Source: Spirochaetota bacterium
GTDB taxonomy: Bacteria > Spirochaetota > UBA4802 > UBA5550
Reading direction: 5' to 3'
Assembly: GCA_963664815.2 (NCBI GenBank)
Contig: CAXXHB010000003.1
Span: 3,552,001 to 3,616,000 of the forward strand
DNA: 64,000 bases
The position numbers were made by a program, and so were the translations under genes. This document shows positions 47,593-57,812 of the stretch, one piece after another. The first letter of the stretch is position 1; every line of letters begins with the position of its first letter. The notes below the pieces were generated by a model. That model was not told the origin of the DNA. It did not search any database and saw only the letters and a list, made by a program, of their open reading frames with translations.

Positions 47593-49179
47593 TTATTTAT
47601 TATCTTTCTCCGCGGCAGGGAGTTTATAAACACGCAGAGCCTTGTCTATAACCCCGCCGTACTTTGACCTGCTTTCCCAGAGGAGTATACCCCTGGAAAA
47701 TAGTTCCTGATAAAACGCACGCCTTGCAAGAAAAGCATCTCCCGCAGCTCCGGCAGCCGGGCTGCTGCCAGGATCAAAAAAACGGCCGTAACTGCTCTCG
47801 GCTACAACAATATGTGTATAACCTTTACCTGCGGCATTATCAAGGCTCACCAGATCCCCGGTAAAATTCATCCGTTCAAATGTAACCCCCTTCATCCCTG
47901 ACAGGACGCTGCTTCTTTCTGCCAGTTCCTGTATATTGGTATAGCTGTCTCCCGCGACCTTGGCCGGCGGTTGTAATGTGGTTTCCATCCATCCGACAAG
48001 GGCTTTTCTTGAATCCACAGCCGGGCCAAACTGTGCCAATGAATTTTTCGCAAAGGGAAACAGGAACAGTGAGACAACCGCAATAAACAGAACATATAAT
48101 ACGGCATACAGTTTTTCTCCGGTTTTATCTTTTATCATTAAAAGAACCCGCGCAATTATAACTGCTGCAAACATATGACTCAGCATCTCCTGGGGAAGGA
48201 AATACTGTCCGCTTGCCACTTTTCCGCCCGAAATAAGAAACGTAAAAAGAAAAAAGAAAGCGACCATAAACTTTTCACCGCCACCCCTTACTCTGTATGT
48301 TATGACAAAGTGAATGAAGTAAGCAATTACAAGCAGCGGGATTATTAAACTGCTTTGCCCGAAAAATACTTTAACATATGTATAGAGTGGGAACGAGGTA
48401 CGTGCGCCTCCATGCCCCTGAAGAGCCACAATACCCTTATCTGTCCCCGCAATTGTGCCGGCAACCTTCGGGAAAAAACGGTCGATAATTGTCTGAAAAT
48501 ATATTATCATCTGGATGTTGGTAATGATGAATACCGCCAGAAAAATCATCATAAAATATCCGGCTCTTTTCCAGTTGCCGATACGTTCACCGGCATCATT
48601 GACAAGGTCAATCTTCATCACGGCGAATAACCCCATGGGGAGAAAAATGAGCCCCACATATTTACCGGACGAGGCCAAAGCAGCAGCAGCGGCGGTAAAA
48701 ACGAATGTTTTCATCCCCGGCTTCCGGAACATCAGTGCTGCGGCAAAAAGTGTTAAAGAGACACCAAACAGGAATGTCGGATCCTCCTTGAAGAAATGTG
48801 AGAGGTTAATCATCAACGGGCTGAATGACATTAAAACCCCTGATGCCACAGCCGCACACCATCCTGCAATAATCTGCGAACACCCCATCAGCAGGAGTAC
48901 AGTGAGTGATGAATATACCGCCGAGACAAAACGCCCCACCTCCGCCTTCTCCTGCGGCGTATCCGCGCCGGCAACAGCAACAGCTGCACTTACACTGTTA
49001 AGCATAAGCAGAGGATGATTAAAATTATAGTTGTGTATTGTAATCTGTTCAACCTTTGAAGGTTCGGTAGCATGATAAAAATATGGAAAATCATTATTAC
49101 AGGTATATAAAATCATTGTTAAAATAAATATCACAGCGTAAGAGGCTGCAACAATCGGTTTTTTTACATATATTTTCAT
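47593..49179 (-). CDS. GT-C (ArnT/PMT-like) membrane glycosyltransferase
   Basis: H.TE, HPLL, SHFFKED, SGKY.G; multiple TM helices. Confidence 0.75.
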   Translation of the reverse strand: MKIYVKKPIVAASYAVIFILTMILYTCNNDFPYFYHATEPSKVEQITIHNYNFNHPLLMLNSVSAAVAVAGADTPQEKAEVGRFVSAVYSSLTVLLLMGCSQIIAGWCAAVASGVLMSFSPLMINLSHFFKEDPTFLFGVSLTLFAAALMFRKPGMKTFVFTAAAAALASSGKYVGLIFLPMGLFAVMKIDLVNDAGERIGNWKRAGYFMMIFLAVFIITNIQMIIYFQTIIDRFFPKVAGTIAGTDKGIVALQGHGGARTSFPLYTYVKVFFGQSSLIIPLLVIAYFIHFVITYRVRGGGEKFMVAFFFLFTFLISGGKVASGQYFLPQEMLSHMFAAVIIARVLLMIKDKTGEKLYAVLYVLFIAVVSLFLFPFAKNSLAQFGPAVDSRKALVGWMETTLQPPAKVAGDSYTNIQELAERSSVLSGMKGVTFERMNFTGDLVSLDNAAGKGYTHIVVAESSYGRFFDPGSSPAAGAAGDAFLARRAFYQELFSRGILLWESRSKYGGVIDKALRVYKLPAAEKDNK

Positions 49180-49263
49180 GTTTAACTGACTCCCAGAATA
49201 TTATACTGTTATGCTGCCGGTTATAACAGATACAGACTGCTGCCCGGTTTTCCTGATAATTCT

Positions 49264-50289
49264 CTATAGTTTATAACTGTGTGAAACATCAAAAGGCACA
49301 TGATAGTATTCAAAAAATTTATGCGTCACATTGTAACCGGCGCTGTTTGACGGTTTTCCCCAGGTTTCAGCTATCAGCTGGGCGGAATTGATCGATATCC
49401 CTATACATATATCCCTTTCGTGGGGACTGGCATATTCATTTTTATCGTAATTTGAATAACCTCTGGTGTAATACCCGATATCAACCTGGAGAAGACGCAA
49501 CGCAAGGGGGACATCAAACCCTAAATTCTGAAAACCGGCCAGTTTAAAGTTCACGTAGAATGTCCATCCGCTGTAATCGTCAACAAACTCCAGTGAATCC
49601 GTAAACATGCTGTTTGAACTGAAACGGTCAAGATATGCATCCGTCGGACTCCAGTTTCCGCTTATCCCTATAAAACCGCCCAGTACCGGGAACCGGTCCA
49701 GCATAGCCCCGACAAGAATCCCGCTGTAATCCATAACAAGGTCTTCGTAGGAAAAACCGTACTTTGATGAAAACCCGTCGCCGATTTCAATCAGGAACCC
49801 GCAGGTCAGTGAAGAGCCCAGAGAATAGATCCACTTGGTTGAACTGCCATCCTCAGTCCAGTCAAAGACCGAATACATTGACCTCTGCAGCATATAATGC
49901 GCAAAAAAATGTCCGGCCTTGTCCTGCCCGCCGTAGTCAGTATCCTTACCGAACCACCCCTCCTTTTCGGAATAAAAGGAGTGGTCACCCTCCCAGTTCC
50001 AGGCCTTTGCACCGAAAAACAATATAACCGGAACCTCGCCTATGAGAAGTCCGTTTCTGATATAGCGTTTTGAATTATCTTCAGATTTACTGTCATCTGT
50101 TGTTTTACTGTCATCGAGTGCGATATTATTTTTTACAGCATCATTTGTCATTAAACCATTTTGTTCGATGTTTTCACCATAACCATATGTCAGAAATACA
50201 AACAGCAAAATGGCTGATAAAATTATTGATCCCTTTCTAAAATAACAATTTTTCATTAAAACTACCTCATAGCCCAGACCGGAAAACAC
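49264..50289 (-). CDS. DUF2279/YfiM-like exported protein
   Basis: GGQDKAGH, IEIGDGFS..YGFS.ED...D..G, DDYSG.T. Confidence 0.75.
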   Translation of the reverse strand: MFSGLGYEVVLMKNCYFRKGSIILSAILLFVFLTYGYGENIEQNGLMTNDAVKNNIALDDSKTTDDSKSEDNSKRYIRNGLLIGEVPVILFFGAKAWNWEGDHSFYSEKEGWFGKDTDYGGQDKAGHFFAHYMLQRSMYSVFDWTEDGSSTKWIYSLGSSLTCGFLIEIGDGFSSKYGFSYEDLVMDYSGILVGAMLDRFPVLGGFIGISGNWSPTDAYLDRFSSNSMFTDSLEFVDDYSGWTFYVNFKLAGFQNLGFDVPLALRLLQVDIGYYTRGYSNYDKNEYASPHERDICIGISINSAQLIAETWGKPSNSAGYNVTHKFFEYYHVPFDVSHSYKL

Positions 50290-50882
50290 TACAGAGACAG
50301 GTTATTCCGGATAAACCACACCGGCTGAAATTATAATTAATTCCCGACTTTATTATAGAGAATTCTTTGATGATTCATAGGGTATATACAGAGCATATGC
50401 ATCAATAGTTTTTCCTTAACTCTTAAGTTTTATTTCTTACAGGAAGGTCATGCTGTTAAAATCAGCAGATAAAAATCTACAGTCCGGGTTTTATACAAAA
50501 TACAGATAACACAATAACCTGGAAGATTGTAATCTAAATAAAGTCTCTTAAAGAAACCTTAAAAGTTGATAAAAAATTATTGTCCCCGGTCATATTATAA
50601 ATGATAAAAGAAATTAACTAAATGATGTAAGAGTCCGATTAATTAAGAATTTTAGTATTCAGCTTAAAACAGGTTTTAAAGTTATTCTACACAGGCAGAT
50701 TTACCAAATGTTTACCTGTATAGAAAGAGTATCTGTAGTAAATATTTTATTCATTGTGAACATATTATTCTCACAATATCTTCATCATTAATAATGTGGA
50801 TATTGTGAGAACCTTTTCCTGCGAATATTGTTGCTACAGATATTGGTATAATAAAAAAAACACAGCTTCAAATGGTGCCATC

Positions 50883-51593
50883 ATGAATATTTATATAAAC
50901 CAGACAATGAACACACGGGTAACAGATATCAGGCTTATACTTAAAGAGATAAAAGCCGGCCAGAAAAAGCCCGATGGTATTTTCGGATCATTTATGACAC
51001 GCCCGGTGAGCCATATCGCTGCCTACATCTCCATGATTATGCGGTTCTCCCCTAACGCTGTTACCGTCTTTTCATTCATTATGTGTGCTGCGGCATGTAT
51101 CATGCTTGTCTTTGACAGATCATACACATATGCATTAATAGCTGCAGCATTATGGTGGACAGGGGCAATTCTCGATGCCGCAGATGGAGATCTCGCGAGG
51201 TATCTCAATGCGGGAACCAAGTTCGGAGGGTGGCTTGACAGCTTACTCGACAGGTTCAAGGAATTTATCATCTTTTCGGTATTCGGTTATTTCGCATGGG
51301 TTGACTATTCAGATGTCAGTTACCTTTACCTTGGTGCACTCTCTGTTTTTTCCAATACTATGAGCGGGTATATTACAGATACAAAAAAACTTTTTATTGA
51401 CGGAAAGCGTGAACCGGCATTAAAGATAAACGGAAAGTATATGTTCAGCATGGTGGACACACGCGATTTCTTTGTTATACTTTCACTTGTCTTAGTGGAT
51501 ATGCGTATTGCATTATGGGCATATGGAACTTTCTTTATAGCCCTGCTTGGCGGGCAGATTATACTTTTTATTAAAAAATACTGGAAAAGCTGA
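50883..51593 (+). CDS. CDP-alcohol phosphatidyltransferase family protein
   Basis: SPNAVT; DAADGDLAR.....FG..LDS..DR signature. Confidence 0.92.
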   Translation: MNIYINQTMNTRVTDIRLILKEIKAGQKKPDGIFGSFMTRPVSHIAAYISMIMRFSPNAVTVFSFIMCAAACIMLVFDRSYTYALIAAALWWTGAILDAADGDLARYLNAGTKFGGWLDSLLDRFKEFIIFSVFGYFAWVDYSDVSYLYLGALSVFSNTMSGYITDTKKLFIDGKREPALKINGKYMFSMVDTRDFFVILSLVLVDMRIALWAYGTFFIALLGGQIILFIKKYWKS

Positions 51594-51656
51594 GAAAATT
51601 ATATACGTTATAAATATATTTCTCCAGATGTATCCCTCAGAGGGTAGATTACAGCT

Positions 51657-53129
51657 ATGCCGGTGATAAATGATAAATCAAGAGTCTTTCTTAATTCTGT
51701 TATAGTACTGGCAGCTGTTGTAATTGAGAACCTGATCTTCTTTATAATAAACATTATTATTGCCCGGTATCTTTCCATTGAACATTTCGGTGATTATTCC
51801 ACTGCTCTGGGTTACGCCACCTTCTTTTCAACAATAACAAATATTGGAATAAACCAGACCATCATCAGGGCAACCAACCTTCATCCCGAATCGGAGAGAG
51901 AAAACTTTTCATCGGCATTTTTTATTAAATGCATACTTGGATTTGCCGTCTATGCGGTAATGGCTGTAAGCCTCTGCTTCACAAATTACAGCTATGATCT
52001 TGTTGTACTGACCCTTATCATGGGACTCTTCAGAATAGGGAATGAATTCCTCTCATCCTTCTACAGCTTCTTTGACGCTAAGGAGACCTTTGTTGTTTCG
52101 TCAGTTTTCCGCATCGTATTTTCAGCCATGTTTCTGATTCTGACACTTGCAGTAGTTTACTTTCACGGCGGTTTGTTCGATTTCGCTTACCTGAGACTTT
52201 GGCTTGTAGCCGTATTTATTTTAGTGATGATAGTTTCATACCGGAAACTGATCTCTGCGGATATCTCCATTAAAACGATGATCTCGTTTTTTAAAGAATC
52301 GATCCCTTTCGGCATATTCAACATCCTCGGTAATATTTACCAGAGAATAAATATAATAATACTGTCCCTGCTGCACGGAAGCCAGTTTTCCGGTTTTTTC
52401 ACAAACGGCTTTATCTTTTTTACAACACTGTTTATTGTTCCGCAGAATATATCCAGAGTGCTGCTCCCCTACCTTTACAAAACGTCATTTGAAAACGATT
52501 CCCCGAAATTCAGATTTGCCTTTGATATATACAGCAAATACATGTCAATGGCGTCGTTTTACCTGACAACATGTGCGGTGTTATTCGCCGAACCGCTGAT
52601 ACATCTGATATTCGGGGGGAAATACCACAATTCCGTGATAGTCCTTCAGATAAGTGCGGCGGGGATACCCTTTATATTCACAATTGCCCCGACCCTTATT
52701 ACTGCACTGGACCGTCAGACAGCGCTTACAGGTATTTACATTTACGGATTTATCCTGAACATTGTTTCAAACTTTATACTGATATACTTTTTCCGCACGG
52801 AGGGTGCCGCAGCAGCATCAGTTGCCACATACGGTTATATCTTTGCCGCTTCAAACTATTACCTGATAAAAAAAAGGATTATCAGTTCTTCCGGAGTTGT
52901 GAAAGATTTTATGCGGCAGTTGTTTATTTCAGGTCTCTGTTATGTAATTTATTTATATACAATGACGGGCTTTAACTGGCTGGTTTCACTGGCACTGATA
53001 ACAGTTTTATATGGAGCTATAAACCTGTTCTTTGTTATTAATAAAAACGATATACGAATCATCAGAGAGATTCTGACATTTTCAAAAACATCATCCTCAC
53101 CACAACCGGATAAACATATTTCTCAGTAA
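51657..53129 (+). CDS. Oligosaccharide flippase (Wzx-like, MOP family)
   Basis: IARYL..E.FG.Y; about 12-14 TM helices; GAA.A. Confidence 0.88.
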   Translation: MPVINDKSRVFLNSVIVLAAVVIENLIFFIINIIIARYLSIEHFGDYSTALGYATFFSTITNIGINQTIIRATNLHPESERENFSSAFFIKCILGFAVYAVMAVSLCFTNYSYDLVVLTLIMGLFRIGNEFLSSFYSFFDAKETFVVSSVFRIVFSAMFLILTLAVVYFHGGLFDFAYLRLWLVAVFILVMIVSYRKLISADISIKTMISFFKESIPFGIFNILGNIYQRINIIILSLLHGSQFSGFFTNGFIFFTTLFIVPQNISRVLLPYLYKTSFENDSPKFRFAFDIYSKYMSMASFYLTTCAVLFAEPLIHLIFGGKYHNSVIVLQISAAGIPFIFTIAPTLITALDRQTALTGIYIYGFILNIVSNFILIYFFRTEGAAAASVATYGYIFAASNYYLIKKRIISSSGVVKDFMRQLFISGLCYVIYLYTMTGFNWLVSLALITVLYGAINLFFVINKNDIRIIREILTFSKTSSSPQPDKHISQ

Positions 53130-53236
53130 ATAAAACGCAACTGAAACGAGAACAGATAATTGCAGCAGGTAAATTTATACTTATAGAAACAAAGGTGTGG
53201 ACATTACTGTCCGCTCCTTTGTTCTTAATCAGATAA

Positions 53237-53968
53237 TTAAATGCTGAAAGAATATATTGCGGAGAATGTTGCACCCCAGAAATTGTGTTTAATCGAATCA
53301 TCTACTGCATAATCAGCTATCAGGTACTGGTATCTTCCGCCAAGACTCACAGTAACGGATGCAGCTTCAATATAATATGCCAGTTGAGCTGTTGTATTGA
53401 CACCATAATCTTTACAATCCTCTGAAGTAGTACCTGTAGATTCCTTGGTCTCTTCAGTCGTCCAGAGATAGACCCCTCCGACATTGGCGATAAAGTACAG
53501 GCTGTCAGCCACAGGCAGCGTAAAACTGACACCGGCTCCTGTACCGATGCCGCTATGATCAACGGAAGTAGCGTTGTTTTCAAAAGAGTAACTAGTGTAT
53601 TTTGCCCCCAAAAAAAGTTTCATGTAGCTCATAAGCCTGTAATTCAGGGCAAAGTCACCATCCATCCTTGTCATATCAAATTTAGTTATATCTTCATAAC
53701 CGGCATAATCATATATCTGTTTAAAATCGTATACTCCGTAAAGAAAGGCGCCTGTAATGTTGATCTCATCCGTACACTTCACAGAAAAAACCGGCCCATA
53801 GAGCAATGTTGGATCAGCCTCAAATTTGACATTCTCTACATTAGAGCTCATATCCCACCATGAATACCATGTTGCCGCTCCCACGGATATGTCCAGAGCG
53901 GATACCGCAGAAGGGATTATTATAATGAATGCAAAAACTGTTAATACTGATAATAAAATCTTTTTCAT
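53237..53968 (-). CDS. Outer-membrane beta-barrel protein
   Basis: Signal peptide; alternating aromatic strands; LGGRYQY; ends AIYSFSI. Confidence 0.7.
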   Translation of the reverse strand: MKKILLSVLTVFAFIIIIPSAVSALDISVGAATWYSWWDMSSNVENVKFEADPTLLYGPVFSVKCTDEINITGAFLYGVYDFKQIYDYAGYEDITKFDMTRMDGDFALNYRLMSYMKLFLGAKYTSYSFENNATSVDHSGIGTGAGVSFTLPVADSLYFIANVGGVYLWTTEETKESTGTTSEDCKDYGVNTTAQLAYYIEAASVTVSLGGRYQYLIADYAVDDSIKHNFWGATFSAIYSFSI

Positions 53969-54463
53969 AAATTCCGAACTTCCCCTTTTTTTAAAATTTT
54001 GACATATAAAGAGTTGATATAACTGCTTTATCGCTTATTTAATTACATTTTTCTGCTAATGCTTATTTCTATTGCATACCAAATCTGAACTAATAAAACA
54101 CCATCTTACCTTTACAAACCGGCTGCATGTAAGAATTTTAATTTACATGAACTTTTTTCATCAACAACTATTTTACCAAAATAATTGTTGTAATTAAGTG
54201 ACATGCAATAATTTATTCTATCAGTTAAATGATTTTTAAATTTCATTCATGATATATTAAAAATCAATCTATTTTGCATTTGAAGATATGAAATTTATAA
54301 ATTAATTACTGTAATTGTTTATTATGCAGCATTACACGAAATGGTTATCACTATGTCATTCCGGTTGTAGAAAGAAGAAACATATGGAATACAGGGCAGA
54401 TGTGCCATTGCTCAGTAGATATAACAGCCAGAGTATTAAAGTATTATCAATGATAATTATCCA

Positions 54464-54495
54464 TAAAAAAAGGGGATATTAAATATCCCCTTTTT
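54464..54495 (-). terminator. Intrinsic terminator after the Ala/Lys-rich lipoprotein
   Basis: aaaaaaaggggatatt-a-aatatccccttttt hairpin flanked by A and T runs. Confidence 0.75.
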
Positions 54496-54514
54496 AAAAA
54501 TAAACAAAAAATGA

Positions 54515-54820
54515 TTAAATACCAAGTTTGCCTTTAAGTTTATCGGCTTTCTTTGCTCCTGCATCTTTTGCTGCTTTTGTTGCCGCATCTTTAGCTGCAT
54601 CTTTTGCCGCATCTTTTGCTCCAGCTGCTGCTTTTGTTGCTGCATCTTTTGCTGCATCTTTTACATCTGCTGTTTTATCAGCAGCTGCTCCTGCAGTGTC
54701 AGCTTTTGGTTGTTCAATTACCGGGGCAGGTGCGTCCGCTTTTTTGCAGCCGGTAAATGTAAAACTGAATGCGCATGCCAATACCAGAGAAAACAATACG
54801 ATTAGAATATTGCTCTTCAT
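54515..54820 (-). CDS. Small Ala/Lys/Asp-rich lipoprotein
   Basis: AAGGAG RBS; FTGC lipobox; KDAA repeats. Confidence 0.8.
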   Translation of the reverse strand: MKSNILIVLFSLVLACAFSFTFTGCKKADAPAPVIEQPKADTAGAAADKTADVKDAAKDAATKAAAGAKDAAKDAAKDAATKAAKDAGAKKADKLKGKLGI

Positions 54821-55140
54821 ATTACTTGTAACTCCTTAAATAAATTTTTTTTTAAACTATTTTATTTATACATACTTTTTTAAATAAAATCAAAATATTA
54901 TTTAAAAAAAACTCTAATCAGTCAATTTTTTTTTTAGTTTTGCGATAAATTATATTGATATAACGCTCTGATTTTATCCAATATTACCATTTCCGCAGAG
55001 AGATAAACACTATTTTACAGATAAACAAAATAAATTTTTCATAATTCTCACAAAATAATACTCAGAAAATTTATCCCGCTCAGGCATAAATCGTGTTCAT
55101 TCTATGGAGAAGCTGCAGAAAGCAATATAAACAGTAAATC

Positions 55141-56361
55141 TTAAAACGCAGCAACGGCATAGAACATAAATTCATGATTACCTTTTTTTTCCGTTCCATC
55201 AGAGCTGTTTACTCTGCGTGCATCTATACCATAAGCATAATCAAAATATAGAGGAAGTACACCACCCGCTTTCAGACTCAGTTCAACTGAAACACTGCGG
55301 TAGATTGTGCGGGGATAATTATCCGCTCCCCTGACACCATTCTTCTCCGGCATATACAGAATGTTAAACCCGGGCTGGATTCGCGCTGCATAAAAAAACA
55401 GCGGTAATCCTGTCTGTATGCGTGTTATGATATATCTGTTGTGATAGAATTCTCCCCAGTAATAGCCCGGCATAACACCGTTATCGGAAATATAACTCCC
55501 GATCTGATCCGAATTGTTCCGGTCAGTGTTCCTGTGACAGGCTGCTGAAAGATCAAGCATCAGGTTTACATTATTTTCGAAGTTGTAATAACACCCGGCA
55601 TTAAAATAATTCTTCAGCGTTCTGCTTATTGAAGAATCCTCCGCTTCATTTGTGTCATAAAATGTTCCATATCCGTGACGATAACTGTATTTCGAGATCC
55701 CCTGGAGAATAAATCCATTTTTTATTCTGTCCATATCCTTTTTTTCAACATTGCTGATTGTTATATCAAAAACCCCTGTATGCTCCATATGGTTTCCTGG
55801 AAGAACAATCTCTGTATCATCCTGCCGTGTAAATAAAAAGTCGCTCCTCTTTTTCCTCCAGTACCAGTAGTACCCGGGATAATAGCTTACACCCGCCTTA
55901 AAATATTTAACAGGCATATATTCATAGAATATTTCAACCCCGGCATTACTGCTGTTTAAGCAACGTCTGTCATCATTAACTCCGTTTGTGTATGAGTGAT
56001 AGGCCCCATATACGAGGTAATTAAAAAACGGTTTTATACCGGTAAAATACTTTTCATTCTTCTCCCCGAAAATTAAATATGCACTTGTTGTCTTTACAGT
56101 GAAAAACAGGTAAAGATCGTTCTGCAGATCTTTATTTATGTAATAATAGGCAAAAACCGGTGACAGGGTATTTACATCAGCGTTACTCAAAGGTTTGTTT
56201 ATTCCGAGAACAAATATATTCCTGTAGTCACTTTTATCCTCAGCACTAACCGATACTTTGCATAAAATGATACACAGCAGAAATGTAATTAGACATAAAA
56301 ACCGTTTAATGAATAATACATAAAATCCGGGGTTTTCAGTTACAATCTTCATCTTCAGCAC
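55141..56361 (-). CDS. Hypothetical outer-membrane protein
   Basis: Signal-like N-terminus; Tyr-rich strands; PGYYWGEF; C-terminal Phe. Confidence 0.65.
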   Translation of the reverse strand: MLKMKIVTENPGFYVLFIKRFLCLITFLLCIILCKVSVSAEDKSDYRNIFVLGINKPLSNADVNTLSPVFAYYYINKDLQNDLYLFFTVKTTSAYLIFGEKNEKYFTGIKPFFNYLVYGAYHSYTNGVNDDRRCLNSSNAGVEIFYEYMPVKYFKAGVSYYPGYYWYWRKKRSDFLFTRQDDTEIVLPGNHMEHTGVFDITISNVEKKDMDRIKNGFILQGISKYSYRHGYGTFYDTNEAEDSSISRTLKNYFNAGCYYNFENNVNLMLDLSAACHRNTDRNNSDQIGSYISDNGVMPGYYWGEFYHNRYIITRIQTGLPLFFYAARIQPGFNILYMPEKNGVRGADNYPRTIYRSVSVELSLKAGGVLPLYFDYAYGIDARRVNSSDGTEKKGNHEFMFYAVAAF

Positions 56362-56523
56362 TCTCTAAACCATCACAGGTCAAGTATGCAATCTACCCTT
56401 TTAACTTATGGCAGATCAGAACGATATAGAATTTATGCAGGTACAAAAACTGATCGATATAAATGGTTGGCCCTCCCGTCAGGAAACAATATAATTACCT
56501 GATGAATGCGGAAACCGGCTGAT

Positions 56524-56850
56524 TCACTTTTTCAGCCTTGTATAAAAACCATACATGCCGGGCATTTCACACATGAGAGTATCAGAATCAATTATTTTAA
56601 AAATCAAAATTCCGGTAACAGGATGTTTTATACAGACCAGCCTGCCTTTAACACTAAACTCCATGCATCCCTGTTTTATCCCCAGGAATGAATCGGTAAA
56701 CCTTGCGTTACCATCTTTAAATTCAACTGATGCAACGCGGTTTTTTTCTTTCGGAATAAAAGTCCCCGACAGCTCGGCTTTTCCGCATGAAAAAAATATC
56801 ATTGTTAATGTAAAGGGTACAACAGTGATAATTTTTTTTAATAATCTCAT
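56524..56850 (-). CDS. Small hypothetical lipoprotein
   Basis: FFSC lipobox; AGGAG RBS. Confidence 0.7.
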   Translation of the reverse strand: MRLLKKIITVVPFTLTMIFFSCGKAELSGTFIPKEKNRVASVEFKDGNARFTDSFLGIKQGCMEFSVKGRLVCIKHPVTGILIFKIIDSDTLMCEMPGMYGFYTRLKK

Positions 56851-56933
56851 AAATAATTCTCCTGCATAAGGCTTTATTATTAATGAGAGGACTTTATGTC
56901 AAATATCTTTCTTCAGTAAAACTGCATGTCCCT

Positions 56934-57758
56934 TTATTTATTTTTAACCAGCCGTATACCGATAAATCCAAATTCAAAATGCGGGGGATAGGAATCGGAT
57001 TTATCAATTCTCATATCCTCCGGATCAAGGCTGTAATGGCCATCACGCACTACCCGGTTCAACCCTTTGAATGACGGGTGCCATTCAAAGCACCACTCCC
57101 GCACATTCCCTACCATATCAAAAAGGCCATAGGCATTCGGTTTTTTACTCCCTACCGGATGAGTCCTTTCACCCGAATTATCCTTGTACCAGCAATAATC
57201 GCCACTAATTTTATCTCCCCAGAAATATTTTCCGCTGCTGCCGGAACGCGCAGCATACTCCCACTCGGCAGATGTTGGAAGCCTGAAACCGTCAGCATTA
57301 TTATTTTCAGTAACTGTCCATCTTATTCCGTTATTTTTATTTTCAGGATCATTTTTCTTTTTATTTATATTGTAATAGGAATTAAAACCGCCTCTTGCGC
57401 TAAGTCTGTTGCAGAATTCAACGGCGTTAAACCAGCTCACCTGCTCAACCGGGAGCGACTCCCCTTTAAAGTAACTTGGATTATTCCCCATCACCGACTG
57501 ATAAATAAACTGTGTTACTTCACACCTGCTTATCCAGAATTTATAAAGATTACCGGCAGGAACCAGTACCATATCTATCCCGGTAAAATTTGCAGCAGTT
57601 GCCATCACATCTCCTTTCCCGGGTGGAATTTTTTCCGTTTCTGAATTTTCCGCATGAAGGGAACATGGCATTATGCATAATGCCAATAATACAGACATTA
57701 TTATGATACAGTTGAATGTTCTGTATTTATTAATTATTTTTCCATGTTGCATATTCAT
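56934..57758 (-). CDS. FGE-sulfatase (SUMF1/EgtB/PvdO) domain protein
   Basis: EVTQ, PVEQVSW..A..FC, RLPT.AEWEYAAR, N.YGL.DM.GNV.EW, GIRLV. Confidence 0.92.
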   Translation of the reverse strand: MNMQHGKIINKYRTFNCIIIMSVLLALCIMPCSLHAENSETEKIPPGKGDVMATAANFTGIDMVLVPAGNLYKFWISRCEVTQFIYQSVMGNNPSYFKGESLPVEQVSWFNAVEFCNRLSARGGFNSYYNINKKKNDPENKNNGIRWTVTENNNADGFRLPTSAEWEYAARSGSSGKYFWGDKISGDYCWYKDNSGERTHPVGSKKPNAYGLFDMVGNVREWCFEWHPSFKGLNRVVRDGHYSLDPEDMRIDKSDSYPPHFEFGFIGIRLVKNK

Positions 57759-57812
57759 AAAACTCCATATTTTGCCAGCTTAATAATTAAACAACTATCT
57801 GTACAGGAATTG

